DNA from: Eukaryota sp. GEM-RC1
Lineage: Eukaryota
Direction: 5' to 3'
Length of the DNA: 64,000 nt
NCBI GenBank assembly: GCA_040285855.1
Contig: JAUFOQ010000003.1
Location: 1,736,001 to 1,800,000 of the forward strand
The notes beneath the pieces are model-generated. The model did no database searches, was not told where the DNA came from, and saw nothing but the letters and a program-made list of their open reading frames with translations. A program made the position numbers and the translations under genes. Positions 1 to 11,326 of the stretch are shown here, piece after piece. The stretch's first letter is position 1. Each line of letters starts with the position of its first letter.

Positions 1-2
1 GA

Positions 3-872
3 ACCTTCCCTTTAACCCATCAATCCAAAGGAATCGAATTTTCTTCTTCTTTGTCACTATCTCATCACAAATTCATTGCCCAGTCCTTCAGTAATCGATT
101 TGATCTACCTCTGAGCCATCCTTTTGTTCACCACTTCTCTAATCCCATTACTAACAGTACACATTCTTATGTAGAAGCTGATATTTTCCCCTTGTCATTC
201 CTTGCAAATGTTCTTTCTCTTCTAAACGACTCATCTGCATCCTTAATACGATCTTCAAGTGTATCAGAATTTTTACAAGTTTCATTATGTGTCAATAGTA
301 GTAGATATTTTGGATCTGTACTTTTAGCGCATTCAAATCCTAAAATTACACACAACCAAAGGACTAAATCGTTTCACCAGAATTCTCTACTTCAAGTGTA
401 CAAGTTTACTCGACCACACAGTCTTCTAATCAGTATCTACAATCATCTCCCAAGTTCCATCACTGTTCAAGTTTTCGAGTCGGTACCTACAGAGTTGGCA
501 ATTGTTTGTGCTAACATTAAGTGCAGCAACTGTGTGAATACTTCTTGTGATAGATCTGTGTTTGTAACAACAGTGAGTATTGTTAAAGAGTCTGTTCTTA
601 TTATTGAGATTCCTGTTTATCATGTACCAAAAATTATGGAGGAAACTTCTCCTAATTATCGTAAGGGAATTTACATACCGGGAACTTTTGTTTATTCTTC
701 CAAAGGAAATGAAATAGGAAGAAGTAATGTATCTGTGTATCGGACAACCATATTAGACGAATCAATGCTTTATAACGTACCTATAGTTACTCTGTGTCTA
801 TTGGCATCAGTATTTGGTATAATTCTGAAAAGTTTGAAAGGAACAAAAAGCCGCTCATCCAACAAATCTTGA
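3..872 (+). CDS. GPI transamidase subunit PIG-T/Gpi16-like, 5'-partial
   Basis: Frame is open from the window edge. C-terminal 'TILDESMLYNVPIVTLCLLASVFG' resembles the PIG-T 'PDFSMPYNV' motif followed by a TM helix and basic tail. Confidence 0.55.
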   Translation, partial: TFPLTHQSKGIEFSSSLSLSHHKFIAQSFSNRFDLPLSHPFVHHFSNPITNSTHSYVEADIFPLSFLANVLSLLNDSSASLIRSSSVSEFLQVSLCVNSSRYFGSVLLAHSNPKITHNQRTKSFHQNSLLQVYKFTRPHSLLISIYNHLPSSITVQVFESVPTELAIVCANIKCSNCVNTSCDRSVFVTTVSIVKESVLIIEIPVYHVPKIMEETSPNYRKGIYIPGTFVYSSKGNEIGRSNVSVYRTTILDESMLYNVPIVTLCLLASVFGIILKSLKGTKSRSSNKS

Positions 873-888
873 GTCAGTCGTTCTTGAG

Positions 889-1605
889 ATGTTTTTCCTA
901 ACTCTTGTGGGCTTAACTGGCGGTATAGCTTCTGGAAAATCCACAGTATCTTCCTTCTTTGGTCAACGTGGTGCAGCTGTTATAGATTCTGATCAAATTG
1001 CCCGAGATATTGTTAAACCTAACAAACCTGCTTTCAAGAAAATCGTTGCTGACTTTGGAGACCAAGTTCTTTCCCCCCAAGGTGATCTTGATCGCGCTAA
1101 GCTTGGGACCCTCATCTTTCAAGACCCAGAGGCTCGGAAACGACTTAATTCCATAACACATCCTCGTATAATCTTTGAAATGGTTAAACAGACAATTTTC
1201 CATTGGTTAATGTTACGGCTAATTGTCATTTGGGATACCCCTCTTCTTATCGAGACTGGTCTTCATCGCTTCTGTGACAGTGTAGTAGTTGTTTTTGCTG
1301 AACCTGAAACTCAGCTGGAGAGGTTGATGAAAAGGGATGGTCTGGACAAAGACAAGGCTATGAATAGGATATTTGCTCAAATGTTACTCAGAGATAAGTG
1401 TAGGTTGGCAGACTATGTTATCAATAATAACAGTGATTTGTCTACGACATGTTCACAAGTATCTAATGTTTTTTGTCGTGTGTATCCGTCGCATCCTTTA
1501 CTTATTAGAATTTGTCGTATTTTGGTTGTTCTGTCGTTTGTGGTACCCCTTATTTTGGGATTGAAGTGTTTTGTGTTGTTCTTAATCAGAGCTATGTTTA
1601 AATAA
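889..1605 (+). CDS. DCAKD: Dephospho-CoA kinase (CoaE/DCAKD) with C-terminal membrane anchor
   Basis: VGLTGGIASGKSTVS P-loop, LDRAKLG..IF, LNSITHP, DTPLLIE, QLERLMKRD motifs. Confidence 0.95.
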   Translation: MFFLTLVGLTGGIASGKSTVSSFFGQRGAAVIDSDQIARDIVKPNKPAFKKIVADFGDQVLSPQGDLDRAKLGTLIFQDPEARKRLNSITHPRIIFEMVKQTIFHWLMLRLIVIWDTPLLIETGLHRFCDSVVVVFAEPETQLERLMKRDGLDKDKAMNRIFAQMLLRDKCRLADYVINNNSDLSTTCSQVSNVFCRVYPSHPLLIRICRILVVLSFVVPLILGLKCFVLFLIRAMFK

Positions 1606-1969
1606 CTTCCATCATGATGATAAAACTAAAAATCTACTACACAATTGCTGTAGAAAAGTTCGTGTACAGTGTGAGTAAAGACCGACATGAATACATTTTA
1701 GTTGAATTGCGTTGATATTTTATCGTTTTGTAAAACAATGTTTTTATGTGCGAAGAAAAACACACATCAAGAAAACAACAAATAGATGATGACCATTAAA
1801 TCAAATTATCAAACGAACTACCTAAGTCCGAAAAGGTGTTACCACCAGACAACTTGGACAAATACAGTCTACCCTCCCAATATGACCACCCTCCCAATAA
1901 GACGGGTCCGACACCTGGTCATATTGAGAGGGTAGACTGTACGATATTTTATCATAAACATCTTAAAAC

Positions 1970-4266
1970 CATACTTGGGTATCACACTTTTTTGCATTTT
2001 GTGATACCTATGAATCACACATACCACATCACAACATCACATCACAGTGTGATATGTGTGATAATTGAGGTATATCACGTCACAAGTAGAGATAACACTG
2101 ATCTTACTCAATTGGACCATATATAAACAAACTTGAAGTATATTTTCTGCTAAATATGAGATCTTTTGAATTTCGAAGCTCCATCGAACCTCCTAACTAT
2201 AGATTGTGATTGAGGAACAAAGTGACAAGAACCCAATAGTCGCAAACTTTTGAACTGATTTAAAGGATTTATTGTGAATCACAATTAAATCCCACAGGTA
2301 TACGTATTGATAAATGATCTTCAATGTAGCTGGGGAAACACAACATAAGTACAAAAAACCATCGGTGACTCTTTAACACTTTGAAAATGAAATATCTCTT
2401 TTGGGTTTTTCAATTTACGATCGTTTAGGAAACAGTGGACTCAATTTTCTAAATGACGTTAAAAAGTGTCGTAAAAAGAGAAAGAACAACCGTTTTGATT
2501 ATATGTTAGTACAGTGTATTCTGTTTGTAACACAATTCGCCGAATGGTTCGCTTAGCCTCTACTATCAGTGAGTTCCTTTTTGGAGTAAATATAGTAACT
2601 GTGGCCATGTGACAGAATGTAAATTTATCTCTTACATTCTTTTTTTAGTCATTTCTTATTTTATAGAACAAAAGATTAAAATAACACAAATACTAGAACT
2701 CAATATGATTAAAGCAACATTCATTGCCATTAAAACTCACATAAGCTTTTTCTTCATAAAAAACACTGAGAGCTAATAAAGCTTTTGAAATCATGACAAG
2801 AATTGTTTTAAATATTGTAAAAACAATACGATTCAACCAAAATTTGAAATCAAATTTCGTGTTCATTCTTTTTTGACCACTTTCTGAAAATCAGAGCGAA
2901 AACAAAGAACATTTCTTCCAAGTCGACCAATTGAAATTGCAAAAGGACATAATTTGTACTCAACATGTCTGACATGTTTAAGAGCAGTTAATGGTTCATC
3001 ATATTTGTTTCTCTTGTATTGTTCTGAAGAATTCAGTGGAGAAACTTCATTTTTAGCATCCTTGAATGCACTTTGTTTGCAAACATCCACAGTAATCACA
3101 TCAACAACGGTTAGTTCATCATTGACTGATGGAACTATAACATCAGCTCTTCTTTTACCAAAAGTCTTATCAGAATCACTATTTTTTCAAATTATTGATC
3201 TCCAGTGAACTCAACAGTGGCTCAACAAAAGATTCGATTTTGTAGGACTTACACATGGCATGAATTTGATCTCTGACAGCATCATGAATACAAGTTCTAT
3301 AACTATAAGTAATGAAACGATTACAACTCAAAAGGTGAGAAAAAGTAACTAATTTACCACATTTACATTGAAGATCATTGGGTAAATTACAGGGCCACAA
3401 GAAACATCGAAGTCTGAATGTTGTAGTCCATTGATGATCATTCAACCACAAACCATAAATCTGAGGAATTTGGTTAATCAGAGCAACTGAAGAACTGTCC
3501 TTCAAATCAATTAAAAAATTTGGGAACGCTGGATTTTTTTCTTTGACCGAGCCAAGTCGAATTTTAAAATCCATACATTCAAAATGTTTTAAAAGGTGTT
3601 TTTGGGGTTTCTTAAGAGCAAATTTTAACGAGGTGACACATCGTTCTGGTATTTCACAAATATCTACTGGAAAACAAGTTTGCCAGAGGTCAGGTGAAAT
3701 TAGCGACAATTCAGATCTCAAATTTACCAAGAAAAAACAATTTGTCGAAACAAGAAGATTTTCTTGACTTGGGTACCGTCTACAGAACTCAAAGACAAAA
3801 TTCTTACCACCACCAATGAAAGCAGATTTGATCCACCATTTAGACGAAGTGAAACCAATACCAGCAAGATGAGGATCTGAGAAGATGTGATTGTTCAAAG
3901 CAGCAGGATCCACTGATAACAAAAATGCAAGAAAGTCAGTACGAATTTTGTTAAAGCTTCTACAGAAGTTATAGGTAAGTACAGGGGGTAGAGAGCGAAG
4001 CAGATGAGTAACTTTTCCTGAATAACAAATTCGTAGCATGAAAAATTTGAGATGTTTTTCCGATTCAGTCATGTCGAAAATACTCACACAATACTAATTA
4101 TTGATCACGTTTAGTCTTCAATTCGAATATATCACCATTTTTGCGTATTGCGACCCCCACAAACATCACAAACATCACTCACAAATATCACAAATATCAC
4201 TCACAAATCAGTCTTTTTGTGATACCACAAATATCACATCACAAAAAAGTGTGACACCCAAGGATG
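1970..4266. mobile_element. Non-autonomous hAT-type DNA transposon carrying a nested retrotransposon fragment
   Basis: TIRs catacttgggtatcacactttttt / aaaaaagtgtgacacccaaggatg; exact 8-bp TSD cttaaaac (1962-1969 and 4267-4274); subterminal atcac repeats at both ends. Confidence 0.85.
2690..4090 (-). mobile_element. 5'-truncated CRE-like non-LTR retrotransposon (end of RT, zinc knuckle, REL endonuclease), frameshifted
   Basis: ORFs 3179-4087 and 2863-3099 carry HLLRSLPP, CKCG..HLLSC, HDAVRD, EP, TVDV, YKRNKYD, PFAISIG, the pattern of the REL domain in CRE/SLACS-like elements. Confidence 0.75.
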
Positions 4267-4439
4267 CTTAAAACTTTCATCTGACATTTGTTTAGGAACT
4301 TATTATCATTTTGACCACACCTCTCCCTGTCTTTGGTCCAAAAGTGTTTTTGACGATGACTTAATACTAGTATGGGTGCATCAAATGTCAGCAATGTCTT
4401 CTAAAGTGTACCTTCCTAAATACTGTAGACATCTCCCAA

Positions 4440-6917
4440 ATGATGTTTCTCTCCACTAAGAGAGACGTTCTCGTCTACATTCTTGGAAGTATTTTCATTG
4501 TTGGTCTTGCGTTTCTTAATGTTAAATACTTTTTGCTCTCACTAGACCTGGATCTAGGCATCAGATCCATCTTTTGGGAAGCTGGGTTTGTATGGGCATT
4601 CGTTGTGTCCTATGGAATTGCCGTTTTGCCGGCTACATATGCTTCGTACGCCGTCCTCCGCCTCACCATCTTCTTCGAGGGCACCCCAGCTTTGGTCCTT
4701 CTTCTTCTAGCTGTCAACCATACCTTTTGGACTGTCTTTTCAGCTCTTCTTGTGAAAAACGTTCTCAAAGCCGATCTTCGATATCCTTCATCAAGAGACA
4801 TCATTGTGTACTTCATAGTTGTTGTATTTCTTCCATCCATCACTTTCTGGACAACTGTACTCATTCTCACCATTACTTTCAGGACCACTGTCGATTTACT
4901 TGCTGCTTGGCTCACCTGGCAACTACACTCAGTAGTTGGCTTCTTCCTTATAAACCCCATCGTCCTGGTCCTCCTAATCCCTCTAGTTGACCACTTCCTT
5001 CTCAAATACACTGACAAACTCTCTACCATCATCCCTCCTCAATACCGCACCTCCCCTCCCCACCAATGCCTCGCCTGCTCCTCTCTTGGTTTCAAATGGA
5101 TGGACTTTGTCATTGCTCTGGTCAACCTCGTCTACTTCTCTCTTCTCCTCTGGGTGACCTCACTCTCTGAACGTCGCTACTTCTTCATTGGCCTAATCCC
5201 CTTCAGTTTCTACTTCATCTACCGTGGCTTCTACTCAGCTTTACTCTGGCTATTCAGTACATTCCTAGCAGTCTGGTTAATGTTTGTGATCTTTGGTATC
5301 ATTGCTGGAAGAGTCGGTCTCCTAATGGCCATTGCCAGTGGAGGTTTAATCGTGCTGATCAGTGCTATCCACATGGATACCATCAAACAAGCAAAGAAAG
5401 AGTCTACGCTGATGCTGCAAGAGACAGTAGATGCAAGAACAGCAGAGTTGAGAGAATCCGAAGAGAAGTTAGCAGAAGCTGTGAGGGAGAGAAGTGAGTT
5501 CTTGTTGCATATTCATGCTAGGCTTCAGGGGAATCTAACGGAGACTTATGATGCCTTGATAACCCTTGATACAGGTGACTTCTCTCTTACTGAGCAGCAG
5601 TTGCTGAATCAGACTTGGTGGGGATTACACCAAATATCTCTGTTAGTTGACGATTTGAAGTTTGTTGCTGAGCTTGGACATGGACATTACGAGACTTCTC
5701 GAGAAGTCATGTTCTGTACCATTATTGATGACGTTTTCGATCGTTGCAGCAATTATTTCTCCTGTAATAATCTACGATGCTTCCAAACCACCTCACCCGT
5801 GTCCTGCACTGTTGTTCTACAAGTAGAAACAGCACGCAGACTCATTGAGGTTCTCTTTCGGTCATATTTCCTTACCAAACATTCACTAGACCTACACTAC
5901 CACCCATGTCAAGAGTTTTCCCCCTCTTCTCTCGACAACATCCATGTTCTTGCTGGTTCTTCCGCTGCTCCTCTTTCTGCCCACTTCATTGATCTTGAAC
6001 TGGCAGACTCCCATGAGTTTGCTGAGACTTTGTTAGGACTTGAGAAGTTGGGAAGAGAGCAACAGATCGAGTTTGCTTCTTGGTTGGTCATTCAGACTCT
6101 TTGTGAATGCGTGAGTTCTGTGGTGTATGTTAGTCCTGAGAAGAATGTTGTTATACGGCTGTATGTTGATAAAGCCACTATATTATCACATGGAGACTTC
6201 TTGGATGTTTTGCAATCAAATTTGATTAAGGGAAAACGATATTTGATAGTCATTGGTGAAGATGAGCGAGTTGCTCGGTTTTTTTCCGACTATTTCAGTT
6301 TTCATTTAGAATTGACAACTATTGACGATTGTCCTGATCTTTATAACTCTATCATCATCATTCAAGAGTTTTTCCACATGTACGATCATTTACCCCAGAT
6401 AATTTTAGAAAATCAGCAGTTATTAAATAATTGCTTTTTTGTTGGAATACGATCACCTCACTATCATTACGTTTCTCATCCACTCACTTTCCATCACGTG
6501 ACTTCGATCTTATCACGTAAAGTTGATCTTCCAATCATTTCTGATTGCTCACTGATTATTGGTGCTCCCTCTGCTGAATCAACAGTGAGCCTTACTAGAA
6601 TGTTGACTGGTTTAAATAGGGAAGTATCGGTAGCAGAAAGTGGTGATGATGCTTTCAGACGTTTTCAATTGCAGCTGTCACAGTCGAAAGTTGTTGGATT
6701 GATCTTTGTTTTGAAAGAGTTAGAAGAAGAGGAATTATCCAATTTGTTTTCTTGTACAAGGTTTGTTTGTGCTCAGAAGAGGTTGGAGTATTATCCATTA
6801 ATGGTGTTTGTTGACTTTGATTTTAGAGGAAGTGAAGATTCTGTGATTGTACGGTCCCCTCTTACTCTAGAAAAATTGAAAATATTGTATTTCCAGTCTT
6901 TTGGTTTTTTAGAATAA
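4440..6917 (+). CDS. MASE1-like membrane sensor fused to degenerate histidine-kinase and receiver domains
   Basis: About 9 TM segments with 'WLTWQLHSVVGFFLINPIVL' (MASE1-like); S-helix/HisKA-like 'LQETVDARTAELRE..AEAVRERSEFLLHIHARLQGNL'; C-terminal receiver-like 'LTRMLTGLNREVSVAESGDDAF..VGLIFVL'. Confidence 0.6.
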   Translation: MMFLSTKRDVLVYILGSIFIVGLAFLNVKYFLLSLDLDLGIRSIFWEAGFVWAFVVSYGIAVLPATYASYAVLRLTIFFEGTPALVLLLLAVNHTFWTVFSALLVKNVLKADLRYPSSRDIIVYFIVVVFLPSITFWTTVLILTITFRTTVDLLAAWLTWQLHSVVGFFLINPIVLVLLIPLVDHFLLKYTDKLSTIIPPQYRTSPPHQCLACSSLGFKWMDFVIALVNLVYFSLLLWVTSLSERRYFFIGLIPFSFYFIYRGFYSALLWLFSTFLAVWLMFVIFGIIAGRVGLLMAIASGGLIVLISAIHMDTIKQAKKESTLMLQETVDARTAELRESEEKLAEAVRERSEFLLHIHARLQGNLTETYDALITLDTGDFSLTEQQLLNQTWWGLHQISLLVDDLKFVAELGHGHYETSREVMFCTIIDDVFDRCSNYFSCNNLRCFQTTSPVSCTVVLQVETARRLIEVLFRSYFLTKHSLDLHYHPCQEFSPSSLDNIHVLAGSSAAPLSAHFIDLELADSHEFAETLLGLEKLGREQQIEFASWLVIQTLCECVSSVVYVSPEKNVVIRLYVDKATILSHGDFLDVLQSNLIKGKRYLIVIGEDERVARFFSDYFSFHLELTTIDDCPDLYNSIIIIQEFFHMYDHLPQIILENQQLLNNCFFVGIRSPHYHYVSHPLTFHHVTSILSRKVDLPIISDCSLIIGAPSAESTVSLTRMLTGLNREVSVAESGDDAFRRFQLQLSQSKVVGLIFVLKELEEEELSNLFSCTRFVCAQKRLEYYPLMVFVDFDFRGSEDSVIVRSPLTLEKLKILYFQSFGFLE

Positions 6918-7374
6918 ATATGTGTGAATGACTTTATTATTGGAGAGGATTATTTGACAGACACCTAGACTGTCAATCAAACCAGTGTTTTCCAGTCATT
7001 GTAACTGTTGAACAAAGAAACTAGTTCTGAGTTAACTGCAAGAGTGAACTATTGTCGATACAAACCATTTGTTTTTGATCAATGACTTCATACAAACGTT
7101 GGCATTTTTGGACGAAAGTAACGCTGCAGTCTATCGAAACAAAGTTCTCACTCATTTCCGAGACTCAATATCGAAGAAGGTTCAAGTGGGACACATTGAT
7201 AGGTCCTGTGTACTACAATGTACTAGTACTACTAGTAGTAGTATGAGTAGTAAAATGTCTTTCTCTTTCAGATGCGAAATTGGAGTGTGTGGAAATTGAC
7301 CCAAATACCCCCGGGTATCCCCCCTCGTGTGCTCATGTCAAAGTTGTCCATCATGTGACGTTTATCTTCAGACC

Positions 7375-8538
7375 ATGAGTCCTCCAAAACCCCAGACCGC
7401 CGGATCTACTATAGATATCGGCATTGAAGAACTCTCCAATGTTGTCATTGATTTTGCTGAAGTAAGTCCTGATACCTACACTGTTTCCCCTAAAACCATT
7501 CTTGCTGGCAAAAAAGACCGAGACGAGTTACTTCAAATCAAGGATGCCAATGTACGGAAGTTCTATCTCCAACAAAATCTAGAGTGTGATGCTTTAGTTG
7601 AAGCACATGATGTTTGTCACAGAAGATCATCTGCATCTCAACCTCCAGTATTAGAATCTGGTGGTGTTGCGGCTACCAAAGTTTCTCTTATAGCCAACGT
7701 CGTCCTCCTTTTTATCAAAGTATTTGTGTTCTATGTTTCTGGTTCCCTCTCCATCTTTGCTTCTGTTCTCGATTCTGTTCTCGACCTCCTCTCCGGGGCT
7801 ATTTTGGCCATTACAACTAAAATTTCTCACAACCCTGACAGATTCAAATACCCTGCTGGCAAAACTCGAGCTGAACCCCTCGGAGTTATTGTCTTTGCCA
7901 CCCTCATGGGTATAGTCTCTGTACAGATCATTGTTGAAGCAGTGTCACAGCTAATCGATGGTGACATTGAGGTTAACTTTGACTTGATCAACATTGGCCT
8001 CATGGGAATCGTCGTCCTCATCAAACTCATTCTCTACTTCTACTGCAAGAGAGTTAAGGACTCATCGGCAGCTGACGCCTTGGCTCAAGATCACGGTAAT
8101 GACGTCATGACTAACATCTTTGGTACTGGATGTGCTTACCTCTCCACTATTCTCCATGGTTGGATTGATCCTGCTGGTGCTATTCTTTTCTCCGTGTACA
8201 TTCTTTATAACTGGATGAAGACTCTGTTCGAACAAATCACTGTAATGATGGGTAAAGTTGCCTCTGCTGATTTGATTAAGAGGGTGACGTTGGTGGCAGT
8301 CAATCACGATCCCAGAATCTTACAGCTTTGTACGGTACGTGCTTTCCACTTTGGATCAAATGTTTTTGTAGAGGTTGACATTGTTTTATCTCCCAAAATG
8401 ATTCTTGAAGAAGCTCATGAAATTGGTGAGTCTTTACAGAACAAGCTTGAGATGTTGAAGGAAGTGGAGCGAGCGTTTGTTCATATTGATGTTTGCGCCT
8501 ATCATGCAGTTGAAGATGAACATGCTGTGATTGTGTAA
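7375..8538 (+). CDS. Cation diffusion facilitator, Mn-CDF (MTP8-11-like)
   Basis: DSVLDLLSG, KYPAGKTRAEPLG, AQDHGNDV, FVEVDIV, AHEIGESLQNKLE, VERAFVHID; first ATG at 7375. Confidence 0.93.
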   Translation: MSPPKPQTAGSTIDIGIEELSNVVIDFAEVSPDTYTVSPKTILAGKKDRDELLQIKDANVRKFYLQQNLECDALVEAHDVCHRRSSASQPPVLESGGVAATKVSLIANVVLLFIKVFVFYVSGSLSIFASVLDSVLDLLSGAILAITTKISHNPDRFKYPAGKTRAEPLGVIVFATLMGIVSVQIIVEAVSQLIDGDIEVNFDLINIGLMGIVVLIKLILYFYCKRVKDSSAADALAQDHGNDVMTNIFGTGCAYLSTILHGWIDPAGAILFSVYILYNWMKTLFEQITVMMGKVASADLIKRVTLVAVNHDPRILQLCTVRAFHFGSNVFVEVDIVLSPKMILEEAHEIGESLQNKLEMLKEVERAFVHIDVCAYHAVEDEHAVIV

Positions 8539-8723
8539 ATAATTTGTGTAATTTTAAATTTAATTTGGAACGATGTACATTGCATTGTTGTTATGCATTG
8601 TGAGGTTCTTTCTCGAGAAAACATTTATTCTTCATAATTTGAAATAGTGATCTTCACTATATATTCTACTAAAAAATTACACATGATAAATAACTGTTTT
8701 AAAGTTTTTACATAATTTGTCTT

Positions 8724-10289
8724 TTAAACCGCAAACTTGCAAATACCATCAGGTCCAGGAATAACTGCTGAAGCCATAATACCTCTACCATTCATTCTAC
8801 ACCTCTGCCTCTCCACTCTCTTATTCTCATATGTCATATCTACAACCTTTGGAACTTCAATCCAAGCTCTATCAGCTGTTCCTGAAGCTCTTGGCCATGT
8901 TCTTTCTTCAATACTGAAGTAATCCACTCCTTCACTCCACATTGCAGCTTCAAGACCAGTAATGTTCTTAGCTTGTTCCGAGGTAAGGCCTTTAGTTGGT
9001 TCTCGAGAGAAGAAGTCTGTGAAAGTCTGCATAAAAGCATATCTAGTGACGCCAGCAGGTCTGGATTTGTCGAGGTAATATCCGACTGAATACAAAATTT
9101 TGAAATTCTTGTCCAGTACCTTTGCGATGTTACTTTCGCCAGCCCAAACCTGTACTAATGTCGATTTAGGCAAGTTATCGTCAATGATTGCAGCATCATG
9201 CCAGACAATCGCCTTCTTATTGTTCTTATAAGCAAAGGGTAAAGTTTGATTGAAAAACCATGAGAACACCTCTTGTCCAGTCTTAAACCCGTGTTTTGCC
9301 ATCCATTTAGAAATCTTTTCATTTCTGGTCCAACAAGAAAACACAATCTCATCACCACCCAAATGAATGAACTCATCATCAAACATCTCAGCCATGTCAC
9401 CAATCAAATTTGATAGCACTGTAAAGGTTTCCTTCTCACTGGGATCAAGAGGGAAGTTGTTGACGTTTTTATCCAATCCTGGAGGACACTGAGCTCTAAT
9501 ATTAGGCCTTCCTTTTCCAATAGCGTAGGAATGACCAGGCACGTCAAGCTCAGGAACGACTCTCACGCCACGTTCCTTTCCAAATGCAATGATATCCTTA
9601 ATAGTAGCAGTATCATACACTAAATCGGCTCTAAAGGCTCCTTTGGTAGCTAGTTCTGGATGAGAGGGAGTTGACAAGGGGAAGGATTGGGCATCAACCA
9701 AGTGCCAATGGAGGACGTTCATTTTGTTGAAAGAAGCAGCATCAATCATTCTTTTGATTGTCGAAATAGGAAGGTAGTGACGTGCTGTGTCAATCATGAT
9801 CCCACGCCATTGATATCTGGGGTAGTCAATGATGGTAAGTGGGATTTGTCTAACAACAAGGGATTGAGAAGAGTCTATTTCAACAAGTTGAGAGAGAGTT
9901 TCCAGAGCACGGAGAGCACCAAACACTGTGTGAGAAGATAAGGTGATTGTTGCAGAGGTTATGTCAATGGAGTACCGTTCATCAGTTTCTAGATTGAGAT
10001 TAGTATCAGGAATGTCGATTCGAATGAGGATGGTGTCAATGACGCTGATAGTAGGGTGCGAAATGTCTGTGGGAGTATCTAAAGAGACAGTGTTGATGAT
10101 GGACTTGTATCGGACTAAGGCAGAGTCAAGGATGTCAACACCGTGAATAGATGATACAAATCGAAAGTCATCTGCAATTTTAATGTTAAGATCACCAAAA
10201 ACGGCTTGTTGAGGTCTAGGCCAAAGACGGAGATGATCTGATAAACAGAGAACGAGAAGTAATGAGAAAACAAGCAGACAGTTGGTCAT
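8724..10289 (-). CDS. Beta-hexosaminidase (GH20), secreted
   Basis: Signal peptide MTNCLLVFSLLL; WRGIMIDTARHY, KMNVLHWHLVDAQSFP, HLGGDE, AAMWSE, WPRA. Confidence 0.95.
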   Translation of the reverse strand: MTNCLLVFSLLLVLCLSDHLRLWPRPQQAVFGDLNIKIADDFRFVSSIHGVDILDSALVRYKSIINTVSLDTPTDISHPTISVIDTILIRIDIPDTNLNLETDERYSIDITSATITLSSHTVFGALRALETLSQLVEIDSSQSLVVRQIPLTIIDYPRYQWRGIMIDTARHYLPISTIKRMIDAASFNKMNVLHWHLVDAQSFPLSTPSHPELATKGAFRADLVYDTATIKDIIAFGKERGVRVVPELDVPGHSYAIGKGRPNIRAQCPPGLDKNVNNFPLDPSEKETFTVLSNLIGDMAEMFDDEFIHLGGDEIVFSCWTRNEKISKWMAKHGFKTGQEVFSWFFNQTLPFAYKNNKKAIVWHDAAIIDDNLPKSTLVQVWAGESNIAKVLDKNFKILYSVGYYLDKSRPAGVTRYAFMQTFTDFFSREPTKGLTSEQAKNITGLEAAMWSEGVDYFSIEERTWPRASGTADRAWIEVPKVVDMTYENKRVERQRCRMNGRGIMASAVIPGPDGICKFAV

Positions 10290-10326
10290 TGCTAAGATGT
10301 TGAAGAGACACAATCTCTCATTTCCC

Positions 10327-10836
10327 ATGTCATCCTCAGATTCTGAAGTAGAAATCGAAACCAAACCTCTTCCTAAACCTCTTCCTAAACGCGGTGTTAT
10401 TTACCTTGGCCATATTCCTCATGGTTTTTACGAAAAGGAAATGAGACGATTCTTTTCTCAGTTTGGGGAAATTCTACGGCTTCGATTGGGTAGGTCTAAG
10501 AGGACCGGTCGCTCAAAAGGCTTTGCCTTTGTCGAATTCAAGGATGCCGATGTAGCTCCTGTAGTCGCCGAAGCAATGGACGGATATCTTTTATCTCAAC
10601 GCATCTTAACCTGTAAAGTTGTCCCATCTGACGAGATTCACCCTAAGTTATTTAAAGGAGTTCCCCCGAAACGCAGTGGTCCATCTTCCTCTCAAAAACA
10701 TCAAGAACACTTTAAGAAGTCAAAAGAACCTGTTGTACTAGAACGAAGACGGCTAAGACTGAAGGACAAAGATCTCAGATTGGCCGAAAAGCTATCAAAC
10801 GCTGGTTTTGATTTTCCTTTCGCCAAATACAAGTAA
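10327..10836 (+). CDS. NIFK: Nucleolar RRM protein NIFK/Nop15
   Basis: GVIYLGHIPHGFYEKEMRRFFSQFG, RSKRTGRSKGFAFVEF, VAEAMDGYLL, IHPKLFKG. Confidence 0.92.
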   Translation: MSSSDSEVEIETKPLPKPLPKRGVIYLGHIPHGFYEKEMRRFFSQFGEILRLRLGRSKRTGRSKGFAFVEFKDADVAPVVAEAMDGYLLSQRILTCKVVPSDEIHPKLFKGVPPKRSGPSSSQKHQEHFKKSKEPVVLERRRLRLKDKDLRLAEKLSNAGFDFPFAKYK

Positions 10837-11326
10837 TCTGAAGTGGTGTAGTATGTAGTTTCCATATAGCTTTCTTTTTTGTCTTGTCGAGTTTATCTCT
10901 GTTCAACGACCTTCCGTTTAATATTACTGAACGTTCTTTTCTTTCATAAATCATTGGATCTAAATGAGAGAAAGTGAAGTTGCTCAGTTTGACTACCGGA
11001 TTGAAGAATCCTGAAACAGAATACACAAAATACATTTATTAACACTTCATTGATTCATGTACTTTACGACTTAATAAACAAAATGCAGATTGATTTGAAG
11101 TTGTTAAATTGATTTTCCCCCTTTAATCGTCAATTGTGATCAAGGGCTTCCAGTCAATATTACCTTCCTCTGAGAGGTCACGCATTGGACCTTGATTTAT
11201 AGTTGTACAATAAGAGAAACAAGGGAAATGGTCAGTTTTAAAAAAAATGTTATGAAGAAAAAACATAACACATTTAATTTAGATAATTAAATTAACAAAC
11301 CGTTTAAAACAAAAAATTTAAAATAT

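Noticed and set aside
4574..5032. Short antisense or alternate-frame ORFs inside long genes (here and throughout the track)
   Set aside because: Shadow ORFs of real genes with no recognisable motifs.
7219..7252. tactagtactactagtagtagta palindromic run
   Set aside because: Low-complexity (tag/tac)n microsatellite with no other support.
10282..10364. Apparent 5' overlap of the hexosaminidase and NIFK ORFs
   Set aside because: Artefact of non-ATG starts in the ORF track; the likely ATG starts (10289, 10327) do not overlap.
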